A DNA stretch of 64,000 bases, taken from Magallana gigas (taxonomy: Eukaryota). The stretch's first letter is position 1, and each line of letters opens with the position of its first letter. The notes below the pieces were generated by a model. It had not been told where the DNA came from. It saw only the letters and a program-made list of their open reading frames with translations, and searched no databases. Shown piece after piece: positions 14,121-28,000 of the stretch. The position numbers and the translations under genes are program-made. The stretch is taken from assembly GCF_963853765.1 (NCBI RefSeq), contig NC_088857.1, positions 18,290,001 to 18,354,000 on the forward strand, written 5' to 3'.

Positions 14121-15503
14121 TTATGAAGGTTTACAACACGTAAATTTGTCAAACATTTCACGCATAGAACAACTGACAGCTTTCCTGAATCGCCTGTCAA
14201 AAATAGAGTAAATGATTGGATTAACAGCCGCACTGATGTAATAGGATCGTAGGAAGAAGCGGTAGGCCGTTCTCTCAGGATCTGACATGTTCTCAACGAA
14301 GTCCTTCTTCAGTTCTCTAATCAGAACCAGAGTCAGAACAGGCACGAAATTCAGAATGAACACAACCGATATAATGAACATGAGATAGGTCGTGTTTCGA
14401 GCCAGGCTCTTCCGGCACTTTGCCTGCTTGGCCACGATAGGAGCGTTCAGATTGACCGAGTCGTTCCGGCTTAAGGTAGATGCACTCGGTTTCATATCAA
14501 CGGCATTGTTCCCCATTCCGGACGATAGAGTAAAACTGATTTTGCTTTTCAGTGGCGAGTTTTTAATGACAGAGGATTTCGTTTCTGTTGAGGCATTGGA
14601 TTCGCCTTCTGACGACGAACACTCGCTTTGAAGTTTCTGCAGTCTCTCTCGCCTCGTTTTTCGACTTTTATTTCGCTGGTCCGTTGCATCCAATCCATTG
14701 GAGGAGCTAGCTCTTCGGGCTTCGTGTCGATGTGCAAAAAAACGAACACGTCTTCCTATCAGAATGTACAAAATTACAAGAGAAAAGACTCCAACCAGAA
14801 ACACTAAGGTGTGCAATGCTTCGTACACCAGCGGAAGTGACGTGTTTTTGGACGAATCATCGATCGAACACTCGGTTGATGTGCCGTTTACAATGGGTGA
14901 CAGCACCAGTTCTGTCGACTTTATTCCATACAGAGGAAGAGCTGGCCAAGATAACACAAGGCCCGCAACTACAGAAGAAACACACAAAATTTTTGAATGT
15001 TTGTCCGTGATTTGCCACTCAAGGGAGCGACAGATCTTTCTGTAACGGTCCATTGCAATTAGCACAAGCACGACAGCAGACGTAATGGTCGTGAAAATAT
15101 TCGTAAACCGCGAGATTTTACAAACCCAGGGGGAATGGAACTGATACTGATCCATTGACGTCACCAGTTCCATAGGAATTCCAATGGCACACGTGAATAA
15201 ATCAACAACTGCAAGGCAAATGATAAATGTGCGAGAGTTTGAAATTTTGTAGACTCTACCATAGATAAAACAGACTAAAATATTTCCTAAGAATCCCGTC
15301 ACGGAGAGAACGATTAAAAACAAAGCCAAGGGGATCTGTCGAATTTTTTCTTCTTCATTCATCCGTGAGAGGAGGGAGTTGGCGAGGCTCTCCAAGTGGT
15401 GTCCGGGGTTTGACGGGACACTGGTGGAAGTAGCCAACTCCGGGGTTCCGACTGTTCCATTCATTGCATCCAGCATGTTAGAGGACAAATTTGAAAGTGT
15501 CAT
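14121..15503 (-). CDS. Class A (rhodopsin-like) GPCR, orphan peptide-receptor-like, intronless CDS, 460 aa
   Basis: Seven hydrophobic segments. GN in TM1 (GFLGNILV), LAVVD in TM2, IAMDRYRKIC (DRY), VNPIIY (NPxxY) in TM7, Cys at the start of TM3 and in ECL2, N-terminal N-glycosylation sequons, long Ser-rich ICL3. Confidence 0.93.
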   Translation of the reverse strand: MTLSNLSSNMLDAMNGTVGTPELATSTSVPSNPGHHLESLANSLLSRMNEEEKIRQIPLALFLIVLSVTGFLGNILVCFIYGRVYKISNSRTFIICLAVVDLFTCAIGIPMELVTSMDQYQFHSPWVCKISRFTNIFTTITSAVVLVLIAMDRYRKICRSLEWQITDKHSKILCVSSVVAGLVLSWPALPLYGIKSTELVLSPIVNGTSTECSIDDSSKNTSLPLVYEALHTLVFLVGVFSLVILYILIGRRVRFFAHRHEARRASSSNGLDATDQRNKSRKTRRERLQKLQSECSSSEGESNASTETKSSVIKNSPLKSKISFTLSSGMGNNAVDMKPSASTLSRNDSVNLNAPIVAKQAKCRKSLARNTTYLMFIISVVFILNFVPVLTLVLIRELKKDFVENMSDPERTAYRFFLRSYYISAAVNPIIYSIFDRRFRKAVSCSMREMFDKFTCCKPS

Positions 15504-17877
15504 TTTGACACAGAAAAGCTCCCCTCACTTTGATTTAACTCACTTCCTATATGCTTTTAAAATAGACACAATTTGTTTTAAATTACTCCCACTTTACAGC
15601 GACGTCGGATCATTTACTGTTGAATTCGCCATGTCAAGGATGATATTTTAAGCTTGCGTCATCACGTAACCCCACGAAAAAAAGAATATTTCCCTGTTTC
15701 CAATTTTGTTTCTTTTAACGATTAAATCCAACTCGAGTTAAAAAGAAACAAAAACAGTACACACAGCATATGTCGAGCAAAAATCCACTTTTTTTTTCTA
15801 AAGACGTCGCGAATAGTCTGGGAAATCTACAAGAATCGTGGCGTGTAAAAGCGAGTTATGACAACAACAAATAGAACAATGCACTGTCATTAATGTCCAG
15901 TAGTATCTGCTTGTGTGAGGGACTGACACTTAACGGTCCCAAAGTATCGGCCTAGACAGCTCGCTCATTAAGCTCTGGCGTCCCCTTTGTTGTGTAGTTT
16001 TGTGTTATGATGGGCTAGCTGATTCACACATCGCTTATACCAGAGTTGGTGACTAATTGCCACCGTGTCCCTCTAAGTGGGGGATGAAAAAATGTTGCAG
16101 GTCTATAAATGATTTTTATTTTAGTTATCAATGCTGTAATACGTACATGTAACATGTGATGACAAGTATAGGGTTTTTTTCAAAGTTTCATATCAGGGAT
16201 GGTTATTTGTTTTTTTCGGTACAATAATTGTACAGTAAAACATTTACATTTTAGAAAAATGACAAGAAAAGTGAGATCAAACAAAGACAGAAGTTTTCTG
16301 GGAGCGATTTTAGGGTAATTAATCACAGCATTAACGACATCTGACTGTTTACGGTCTAGATGTCTCTGTCAAGGAAACAAAAAAAATTAATTAATTCGTT
16401 CCGGATTGTGGTCAGGAACAGGGGTAGTTTAGGTTTGTTGTTATCGAGTCCAAGTGTACGTGTATACCTAAAACAATTGTCAATCCACGATAAATAAGAC
16501 CTTATGATGATATACTGGAGTTCGAAGGTTACACCGCGCGCTTAAACCTTAGGCCAGGGGGTGGGAGGAAAAGTGAAGGCCGGTTGGATAGTTGTTCATT
16601 AACACTTTGTAAAGAATTTTTTTTTGATGTTTTCTATAATTTTTTTATTTTTTGAAAATACATAAAATCTGTTCCTTGCTGCGTAATGATCAAACTATAA
16701 AGAAAATTAAAGGACATCCAATTTTAATTTTTGGGATTTCCGAGGAGCGGAATGATATAATGTGATCCAATATATAAAGAACTCTCCCACCGTGAAGATC
16801 TTGGTGGAATAAAGTTATTATTCACAATGAAACCTTATGAAGTGTAGGCGGGCTTTGGTTGATTTGACAGTCACGCCTGATTTGTTGTGTGACGTCAGAG
16901 GCAAACGGCAATTGTTAACGTGTTGCTTTGGTAATTTTAAAAAATGGAACATCCTGAATGACCGCACCTGACGCCCTGTTACACGAATGTGTCGTAATCC
17001 AAATAGAAGGAACATAAGTAAATAGATAAATACTTACAAAGGGTTTGAAATTGGTAGAGGACTTTCGATTAAACTATTAATGACATTTAATTTGTCCACA
17101 TTCAGTGTGTCTAGACCTTTATCCCGTCATTGAAATTATAAAGGGCTATCAATTACTAGTAAACTAAATGAAATCTAATTTTGTCCACATTCAGTGCGTC
17201 TAGTATTGTGCAGGAAACTTAAAATCCCGCATTTATCATGTCTTGTTCCGAAAAACAAATTTCATTTTGTGACAGTTGTAAATTGAATCCTTCGTGATGC
17301 AAGAGTTCCAATTTTTATTTAAGGGGACAGAATATGGTCAATATTAATCAACCATCAGATTGGTCTAAAATTTTAAGATATGATTTATTCTGCTGTCGAA
17401 AGTGCGACGGCCAAAGTGGCCCCATCGGAACACCATACTCATACGCTATCTATGTAACACAGGTGTATTTTGCTTTTGCAATAACAAGTGTTCTTGGGTC
17501 TAAATGAATACAACTAAAAGTCTTAGTCTTAACTTGAAAACCAAAACTTGTTGAGCAATATATAGAGTCCTTTTGATCCGCAAGTAAAAATGCTGATCTA
17601 AGTACATGTATCTTAACGCGATGATCAGTTTTAAATAACTGTGTATTTCATTTTAAGCCTTGGGTGGCTGTGTAAGCAGTGAAAAAATGATCATTAAACG
17701 TCATGAAGAACATGAAATTGTAAGCAATAAATATTTTTTTGCTATTCTTTATTTTAAATAAAGTAGGATCTATCAGGAAATAAAGACTGAAATATATCAT
17801 AGATACACCACAGGAAGCTGATGTATAGATTACATAAAAACTGTTGTTAAATTGGTATGAATGAGAGATACATGTAC

Positions 17878-18242
17878 TATATAAATAGTGCCTGTTTGGG
17901 AGGGTAACTGTTGAAATTGACACACCGAGACAACCATGGTCAACCGACGCGAAGCGAAGTCGACAATGGTTTTCGAGGGGTGTCAATTTCAACAGTTACC
18001 CTCCCAAACAGGCACTATTTATTTTATTATACTGAATGTCTTAATTTAAAAATTTTTTTTACTGCTTTTATATAGAAATGAAGTGAATTCTACGGAGAAC
18101 CGTACCGCATAATTTACGCGCATGTAACAATTCGTTGTGTTACCCGTTGCCAATTGTTTTGCTAACGCTGAGGGTAATAGAACGGATTACCAACTGCGTC
18201 TAAACCAATCAGATTTCATTTTTTTACATGAAAGTATATTAA
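17878..18242 (-). mobile_element. Older diverged copy of the palindromic element at 2065
   Basis: Reverse-oriented: TATATAAATAGTGCCTGTTTGGGAGGG hairpin at the left end and AACCAATCAGATTTC...CATGAAAGTATA at the right end, with many substitutions. Confidence 0.75.
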
Positions 18243-18705
18243 TAGTAAATGTATCATCGGTTGGAGCAAATGTACAGTATATAAATCGACCATAACAGCT
18301 GCTATTATGTTGATATTCAGCGATTCCGCAGAATTGGCATGAATAAATAGAATTTTTTCCAATACCTTCACTATATGTATAATGTAAAGATATTTGAGAA
18401 TTCGAAGTAAACTGTACCCCTGGGCCACACCCCCTACTCTGTGGATTGACTGTAAAGTTTCTTTTTTCACCTAGAACCACACAATACTAGTAGAACCTTG
18501 GACTTTTGGTAGGACGTAACAATCTATTTCTTGCATTTAAAAAAGTTGATAATGACGCTGCTTTCGAGTAAAATATACACAGATTGCGTAGTCTTAGCTC
18601 ATAAACCAGACAAATCTTGTTGATTTCAAAGAGCCATGGCTTAGTGGCCTACATTAAAATAGACAGGCCTATATGGAACGCCTCAACTGCCTTATGTAGA
18701 TAATA

Positions 18706-18912
18706 TTCATAATATGATGATACTTCAACATTACATGCTGATACTTTAACATGACATGATGGTATTTTAACATTACGTGCTGATACTTCAACATTACATG
18801 CTGATATTTTAACATTACATGATGGTACTTTAACATTATATGCTGATACTTTAACATTACATGCTGATACTTCAACATTACATGCTGATACTTCATAATA
18901 TGATGATACTTC
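18706..18912. repeat. 21-bp minisatellite, about 9 units
   Basis: Unit is approximately TGATACTTCAACATTACATGC. TTCATAATATGATGATACTTCA occurs at both ends. This repeat produces the MLKYQHV ORF at 18669-18914. Confidence 0.85.
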
Positions 18913-20120
18913 ACTATGCGGTGGTTCTAAAAATAGGGAAGTTTTAACATTGGGCTGTTTCTCTGTTTCAGAGATTGATCATATAGGACTAAGGTCCACT
19001 GAGACTAGTTTGGATCATGTCAAAAAGCTGGAACTACAAATAATAAAAAACAGGATGCTGCTTGAAAATATATGTTATTGAAAAACTGTAAGTTAGATAC
19101 TCAAATTATGAAAACCACTGGCAAACAATTTGTGAGAAATTATAACAAGTTTTATTCCTTATTCCTTATGTAACTATTTGCTAGGTCTTTAAATTATGGC
19201 ATGACTATACATGTATACATGTTAATAACATTGTATGAACACAAGATGTACATCTATTTAGCAGTTTATGTAAATGTTCAGCATGCATGCTGTCTTAAAC
19301 TTGTTCTACTATGCCTTACTGTTTCCTTTCCCAATTGGATATTTTGGAAAACCTTATTGCTATGACATCAAAGCTAAATTTCACCAATACCAGTAGTATA
19401 GACTCTTCACTGAAAAATTTTGTCAATCATTTACACTGGAAAGGCTACTATATAGGGTTAAACTCGGTTAAAAACTAAGTACGGCTGTCATGGCCTGCAG
19501 TTTGAGAACAATGTTCACTGTTCTGAGATATGTTTACTCTTGCCCTTAACAGATTCAGGTTCAGTGATTAATCAATTAACACTTCCCATTTAAAAAAAGA
19601 AGTGACCAGACTTCTGTGTAACATAATTGCCAGTATTTGTATATCACAAAACACGCTCTCGTCGCATTGCAGGGGTATTCTATATAATGTCAAGATACAC
19701 AAAAGGAGAGAGAGAGAGGAATGTCCCTGTGTTGCAGCTTTGAGGCGTAATTTCGCGCAGACAGGGGACATAAACTTAAGATTTATTTCTTTTACCACAC
19801 ATATAATATATGATCAATAAATCACTAGCAATTTAACTCTTTCCCTCGAAGCTGTTTTGAATGGGAATTCGATCTCCACCAATCTACGGACGATTGGTTC
19901 ACTGAATGTGTTTAAATAATAATAAGTTTAAATTCCGGCGAATAAAAACAACCTTTGTGCGTGTACCTACATCTTTAAATGCTTTCAGATCTGTGTAACC
20001 ATCCAGCAGGATTACATGTGAAGGAAACCCTTGACGAAAAACTGTTTACTGCCATCGGATCAGAGAACAAGGAAGACCGTATATATGTACTAGTGTGGGA
20101 TTTAGGAGAATTTGGAAGCC

Positions 20121-22104
20121 ATGAAGAGAGGGGCGAACTCGTGCCTACAGAAGACAGTGTTTGCCTTCCTCTTTGTGGGATATGTGTTGTTTGTGGTGGC
20201 TTTCTTCATTCCGCGGTGGTTTCAGTTCACACAGACGGGTACGGGGAAGCAGTACAACTATGGCATCTTCATGGCATGTATCCGAGATGATGATGGGAGC
20301 AGTCGGTGCCAATACACGCATTTCAAAAACGTCGAAGGTATAATCACAATTTCATGACTTGATACTCAATGGCAAATTATGTATTATTTTGGGATATGAG
20401 AAGAGCTACGTTTATGTTGGTCGAAAGAATATTTTTCACAATTGTCATTTTCATTTGAATTGACATGGGATTTCCAAAATGTGCCTGAAAAGCTAAGATG
20501 ACATTATATGGAATAATCGACATCTGTTATAAAAAGATAGTTCTATTACATCGGAATATCATTACATCGTATATGATAGGATATATCTATTTTATCATCA
20601 ATGTCATATATAGTAATTAGTTTATAGCGACTTTGAATTTAAAACAGGGAATTCTTTGGCAATTCATAGAACAATATTTATTTATATCCTTCTAGCGGGC
20701 ACCATTCTTGCACTAAAAGTATTGGCCAGTTTTGGACTCGTTTCCTACACGGTTGCTATGGCAACTGGATTTTTGGCGCTCTGTTGGATCAAGGAGAAGA
20801 GACAACGTCTGTTCTATGTGTCGGTCGTCTGCTCCATTATAGCAGGTGGGTTCAAAATTTAAAAACACATCTTAAGACCAAAACCAGTGTGTTGTCATGT
20901 TGAACATTTTGAATTTGCTGGGTGGGTGCAAATACAAAATTTACAACATGACAACTACAGTATTATAAAACTCCTCTAGTTTAATTGATTGGTTTCATGT
21001 TGCTTAATGTCAAATCCATGACACCAGATGCGTGTTCAACAGAGTGTGTGCTCGCGAGAGCTCGCCAAAATTCCCTATGCCTGCAACACAAATTTTGGCG
21101 AGCGCCGATCGCGAGCACTTGCTGTGCTGAATACGCGTCTAGTACTTCGCAAATTTCAAGATGTTTAAAATCCTCTTTGATACTCACTGCATTACATTTT
21201 TATACGTTATCACAACACTGGAAAACCTTATATATTTGCAGCGATCTTTATCATTATATCAGTGGCTATACACAAATCTCATCGATCGTACGATAACGGA
21301 AGTGACGATGTGGCATTTTATATAGCAATAGTCAGCATATTTCCTTTGGTCTATGGGGCGTTCATGGGGTTCTTAGTGGCACGAACCATGACATTTGATG
21401 ACGAGAAAGAAGACGAAGAAAAAATACACCAGGAGCAGCGACAAAGACGTCGGAAGAAACGAGACAGAGAACCTGTATTCATGTTCCCGCCGACCGGAAC
21501 AATGATTCCCGAGATAAAAAAGAAACCCATTTCCGGCATCGTTGTTACGAGCGACGACTTTGAAAGGCCGGAAAGCGAAGACCCATTTTTCTTCAAACCT
21601 TTGACCGTAAAGAATGATAAATACGAAGCTAAACAGCAAGACAGAGAAGTCGAAGAACTTAGTGGTAAATTAGATCAATATGACATTGACCCAAATCTGG
21701 ACGAAAACGAGGCTTCTATGGATAATGTTGATGTCTATAACCCAAGTACTGGACTGACGTCACCAAATCCTCCCCCAGCAGTGACACCCGTAGATGCCCA
21801 TGAAGAAATTACGTCAGAACCTTGGAATGAGGACCAAGAACAGAAGAAAGAAAAACGCAAAAAGAAAGGACTCATAAACTTAACAACGATTAATGCTCCC
21901 TTAAAAATTGCCGATCTTATGAAGAAAACTCGAGCCTTAAACAAGACTAAGAAAGAGTCTAAAAAACAGAAAAAGAAAATGGAGGAAGGTCGGTCCAACT
22001 CGGCTTTCGAGATCGAGGAAATCGAAACGGGTAAAGTCGACGTTCACGGACAGACAAAAATACACGGCCATAGGGTTGAACAATTACCCGATGTTGAGAA
22101 GTGA
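20121..22104 (+). CDS. 4-TM PMP22/claudin-superfamily-like membrane protein A with a long charged C-terminal tail (about 409 aa)
   Basis: Exons 20121-20337, 20696-20845, 21242-22104; both introns phase 1. TM1, then PRW...YNYGIFMAC...C (W-GLW-C-C-like first loop), three more TM segments, then about 230 aa of acidic/Lys-rich tail. Confidence 0.85.
21026..21140. mobile_element. About 115-bp foldback (MITE-like) in intron 2 of 4-TM gene A
   Basis: Imperfect inverted arms AGATGCGTGTTCA...GCTCGCCAAAATT / AATTTTGGCGAGC...TGAATACGCGTCT. Confidence 0.55.
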
Positions 22105-25077
22105 TAACTGTGGTGCACAAAACATTGTCGCTTCTATTTGGCCGTGCCCATGATTTGGTTATGAAATATAATGACAAATTGGCACGCAAATAGAAGTTAT
22201 CTATATTGCATTGTTATGTTTTCAAAGAGTCTGGCGTACAAAGACGTTCGCTTTATATTATGCATGTATTGTGAACGAAACGAGAGAAATGTTCTGATTT
22301 TGGGGATGGTGGTTGAAATTTAATAGAGTGAAAACATGGAACAGGATATCCAAGTTTTATTTCCTTTATTCTTTGGTAATAAAAGCATTTAACAGTGAAA
22401 GGTAATTACTTTCGTAAAAATTCCATTTCTCAATGTTATTGTTGGTTTGAGCGATTTAAAAAACAGATTAGAATATGTATGATGTAGGTAAAGATTTAAA
22501 GCCTCTACGCAAACAAAATTTGGTCATGGTCATATTATATGAACGTTCTAAACTGATTGATACCTTTATTATAGAGGATCGAGTCTAGAAACTTAATTTT
22601 CATTTTTAAGGAGACTGGATGGTCAACGGGTTTTTAATCGGATCTACCTTCAAATTTTATTGATAATTTTTAGCCGAATCCAAATATACAAGCTTCAAAA
22701 TTTGAATATTTTTCTATATCAATCGTTATACAGAGCTCTTCATCTCAATAGAATTAAATTTAAAAAAAAAGAGTTTAAAAATGACTATGGCCATCCACCC
22801 CTCGTAAAACGTTTCTGGGGACAAGCTGTATTACCGGGATTTGCCATCGAGTGCTTCCTTGTATATTACCCCCCCCCCCCCCCCCCCAAAAAAAAAAAGG
22901 CTGCTTGTCTACCGCTTCCACGTGTCCTGGAAAAATCATCATCGTCATCGCCGTTAATTCAATTAATCATTATTATTACTGATATCATAAAACGTATGTT
23001 CATTGAACATGAAATGTGTGTTCTTTATTGCATATAAAGTTTTTTGATTAAGAGTATCGTTGCACACAACACACGATGCATGAAACATAAATTTCAAAGC
23101 ATAAATCATGCTCTTGGTAGAATTATGGCGAGCACCATGGCAACAACGCATACACAAAAAACATCCTGGTAATTTGTATTGCATCCAAGTTATGGTCTGC
23201 TAAGAAGTAAAAGAATACAAAGTACACATTAACCGAGAGATTGAAACATGTATTGCAGTCAGGGAATTTTATTTCTAGCTGGTGTTCTTACCGATTGTCT
23301 CGGGCATGGTTCGAGACCTTTTCTCTGTAAGCGACACAAAAAATACTTAATTTCAAATATCTGATTTCAGGATAACATCAAATACAAAAGAAGCCAGAAA
23401 GCTTAATTCCCGCTATCAAATTTAATGGTTTTAAGAAAATAAAAGTGGGGATTATTTTAATCATAAAAGACTGTCTATGTATTGATATCAGATCAATTCA
23501 TTTTCTCTCTCGAAACCATATAAATAGTACAAGAGGAACAGTCATATAAACATACATGTATTTACATACATGTATATACAAAACAGTCTGAATGATGAGA
23601 AGACCATATATACAAATTAACAGTCTGAAATTTGATATCAACGATCTGGACACCTACATATAAATTTGCAAAAAATCGTAGAATAAAAAAACAAATACTC
23701 TGTCAAGATTTAATTTACCAAATTTATTGCCAAATTGCCGATAGGTAGTCACTCGGTCATCTTTTATGATGGATTCATTAGAAGACAATGAACCAATCGC
23801 CTTCTAAGCTCCGGTTTATTGTCGTGCACCACGAACTATTGACATTTTCTGGTCAGCACCTACGTGCAAGCTTTTCAAATACATGTACCCAGGGGACCTT
23901 TTTAAAGGTCCAAGACTTAATCTTGCTTTTTTAGCTTGATTGTGAATGAAATCAAAATATGATAAGTGAAATTTTAAGAAGTGAAAATAGGATCCACGTA
24001 GCAACAGTTGATAAAACAGATTTGATTTTTCTACTGCATTAATGTAATTGTTTATTCGACTCCTACGTGCATGGCTTTTTCAGTTTACGGCGGAATGGTT
24101 GGCAAATCACATGGAACCGTTTCTTTAGCTCTGCTACAGAAACACTGACACTGCATATCCTCAACTTTCAAATGCCTCAAAGAAATACCGTATTACATTA
24201 AACGAAGTCACTACTAGTAGTTCATTGGTGATCTATGATAACTCAGCTCGGGTACCTGCTCCTTCATTCATTGTTCATCTACGGGCACTTTACATTTCAA
24301 TTGTTGGTATCTAATATCAATCATATCGAAACACTAGGACCCACGTGAAGGTGAAAATATTAAAAGGTAAATCACAACTAAAATGTATTTTTCAAGTGGA
24401 ATCCGATAGGATGGAATTTTCATGGATTTCGTAGGTGCCCCTTACCTACGATTTATTACCCCCTATAGATTATGAAATATACTTTATATGATTATATGTA
24501 AAAACGAAACCACGAAATTACATCCCAAAAACCTTTAAAAGCATTACAGTCCTCAAAAATTGCCCCCACGAAATTAAATGATTTCACAAAAGCGTGGCCA
24601 CAAACCCTCAATCAATATATTATTCGTCTTAGTGTGGTTGAGGTGGTCTTTGCGCATGGTATGAAAGTAGTTAGGCAACGTTAATTTCATTTCATTGTCA
24701 AATACTATTAACTGCGTTTTCTGTGATACCAATAATTAAATATATCATTAAATAATAAAAAAAAAACCAAATAGGTGTAATATACTGCACGTTGTCATTG
24801 ATAAATGGGTCTTGGTAACAATGTGTTTAACCCTTCCATATTAAACCCCCCAACTCCTCATACCTAGAGCCGACTTTAATTCTCTAAAGTCAACCGACTA
24901 TGCTAGAACAATCGTAATGAATAAATTTTGATTGGAAGATAAGTTGATTAAAACTTCTGATATCTCCCCAAATGCCTAACAATGAAGTCTCCAAAGGACA
25001 TAGATACGGTACTCTGAACAGTAACCAAAAATGTAGCCATAAGTGTCTAGGGAAATCTAAGGTGGAAATATGAAACC

Positions 25078-28000
25078 ATGAACCAAAAAGCACGAGCGCT
25101 CTTGCGCAAAATCACTTTTCTGTTCATCCTCCTGGGATTCATAGACTATGTGGTGGCCTACGGACTACCACACTGGGCAAAGTACACCAGCGCGGCGGGG
25201 CAGATACATCGGTATGGTCTGTTTATGACCTGTATCGAGGACTTTATCAAATCGGAGTGTGACACATTCCATATAGAAAGTGTGGATGGTAAGACATCGT
25301 TATCATAAAAATTTCACTTTATTTTTTGAGTGATTTCTACTTACAAAAGTCGTAATACATTCAATTGTATGTATTTTTGTTTTTACATTATGAAGGGCAT
25401 TGTATTTAACTCACATACAGTAATTTATGTACTATATGCTGTCCTTGCGCGCGGATCATATTCTTCTTTTTTGGAAAGATGCGTCATGGCATACTAATGC
25501 TATAAGAAGAGTGAAAACTATATAACACAGAGTCTTTATATCATCTGACATTTTTTTTTCAAATATTTTTACATGGTATAATCTTAAGGACATATCCACT
25601 TGGATTTAAGCATGAAAACATTTGTTAACGAGCAAAACGATTTCTACCCCTGGTCATCGCACGGTATTCGGAGAAACAGAAAAAAACTTCTCGATCTTCA
25701 GGGATTTCTACTATTAATTCCCGGTGTTCCATATTTGGTAGTTAAAAATTCGCTGTTTTGTGGGGACGCACGTCATGTATTTTGTGGATATTACACTCAC
25801 GGTAAAAATAAGGAATTCTGTGTAATTCTGAATGCATGTTTAAAGAGTCTCCGAGAAGTGCACAAATCTTGAGCCGCTGAAACAATGATAATTCAATTCT
25901 ACCCAAAAAAAATCTCATGTTTTTGACACACCAGTATGTCTCGGGAATTGGCTCTGTTCCCACTATCTATATGACCTGTTAAGCGTTATTGTCGGAGTAC
26001 ACTCTGTACATAATGATAAACCATGTGGGAATTTCCTATTTATTATGCTAATCGAGTAATCCTCTATGGGAACTTGTGCTGATCAGTTTTCCACGTAGCT
26101 AGCAATTGACATGTATTACTAGTTGTGATGCACTGAACTGACCGAGAAAAATCATTTTACATAGAATACTTATTCTATCTAGAACACTATAATACAGCTT
26201 TTTTTTTGTAAATGTGTTCGCAGCAAATATCTTAGTAAAAAGTGCTGGAGTAACTCCATGTAGTCCTGAACATCAAACAATATCTTTAAAAAGTAAAACT
26301 TGAAAAAGCATTTTAAAAACTCTTATCGGAAAGACCGAGTGAGATGTTAAAACATCCGTTAACCTTTGACATACCCTGTGGACCCTAGAGCAGCAAAGGA
26401 GAGCAACAAACAATTATGTACATGCTTCAAAGTTAATAAACATACTACGTATTAATATTGTACATCTCCCGTTTTAGTGAGTTTTTAAATGCGTAAAAGC
26501 ATCTATGTCAGATGTCTTGTTTGTTGTTTGTACTGTTTGAACTTTCTGCAAAATACTTCAATAAGGTTAGATCAAACCATATTTATAATATTGATTAATT
26601 ACCGATATCTTGCTAAGAGAAATACTTGTTTAGTCCTTAACAACGACGGATTTTATCACAATTGTTATATTTTTTAATCTCTGTTTTTTGTTCATTTTTA
26701 ATGGTTATGTTGCTGATCATGACGTTGTAGTGACGTATTTCCTGTCTTACAGGATCATGGGTGGGCTTTGCCCAGGCCATGTCCAGCCTGGGTCTTTTCT
26801 TCTACTTTATTTCGACGGGAACAGGATTCCTCCAGTTCTACTGGGAATACAGAAAGAAAAGGAGGCTGCTTTATGGGTCCGCCGTCACTGGGCTTCTAGC
26901 AGGTCAGAGAAATTGAACTTAGCATGGTCAGAGAGCCTTAGAGCATTATAGAATCAGTGTAAACATGCCGTGGTTTTTAAAATTAATCCAGAGGCAAATT
27001 TTAGCGTATACATAGTACATACTCAAAAGAAATTTAGATTGTGTATTATAATATATAAGCACTAACATAATTGATGTTTTTTTTTAGGTCTCCTGCTTTG
27101 CATTGCAGCTTACTCTTTCGCTTCCAACAACACCGGAAGGCAAATCTCTCTTGAATATGGATTTTTCATGGCCATCATTAGCATCGTACCTGTTATCATG
27201 TGTAGTTTCTTAAACCTTTTCAATGCTGTTTTGGTGCGCACTAGCAAGAAACGGAAGCACCTGGGGAGTGGTTTTGATATTCGTCAACATATGTTTGACT
27301 TTAGCGTGAAGCCACCAGTTGGCACGCATCTAAAAGACCATGTACAAATTAGTGAAGATGAGTACGAGGAATATCTCCGGCCCACCACCAGGCAGAGTAA
27401 AAAATCCCAAAAGAAGCCCCCGCCCAATTTTGATTACTTTAATGAAATGTTGGATGAACTTATGGATGATGATAGCAAACAAACGGAAACAACAACTGAT
27501 GGCGGAAGTTCTTGCAAAAAAGAAGAAGCAGACGACTCAAAGAAAATAATCGAGGAGGAAATGGAAATGAAAGAATCAGACGAGATCTCAAAACGAAGTC
27601 AAGAGGAAATTCAAGAAAACATCTCAGATGGAGAGGACAAGACACAACCAAAGAGTGAAACACCGGCTGTTCGCTCGGGGGTGTCTTTCAATGACTTTCC
27701 CGTGGTGTTTACAGATAGAGCTCAGAAATTGAAGCCCGCCAAAAGCGCAAAAACTGTTGATAAAAAGAGACAGTTGGCTCATGAAATGCGGGTGGCACAG
27801 AAAAACAATAGAATAGCCATAATGAAAGTCACCTGCAACAAATGCCCCTTCGATCACACCGTCATAAAGCTTGTGGAAAATCTAAAGACAGAGGATTATC
27901 CCAAAATCGTCAAGTACGTCGAAGGTCCCGAACATCTGGCATTTTGCCCTGGAGATCACTGTCTTCATAATAAGGTGACGCCCATAAAGCAACCAAGCAA

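Noticed and set aside
14392-15045. Several plus-strand ORFs opposite the GPCR
   Set aside because: Antisense shadows of a real coding sequence, with no independent signals.
18669-18914. 81-aa (MLKYQHV)n ORF as a repeat protein
   Set aside because: Fully explained by a 21-bp minisatellite, with no splice or expression context.
19979-20290. 103-aa ORF overlapping exon 1 of 4-TM gene A in another frame
   Set aside because: The 20121 frame has the TM segment, family motif, paralog support and correct splice phase. The overlapping frame has none of these.
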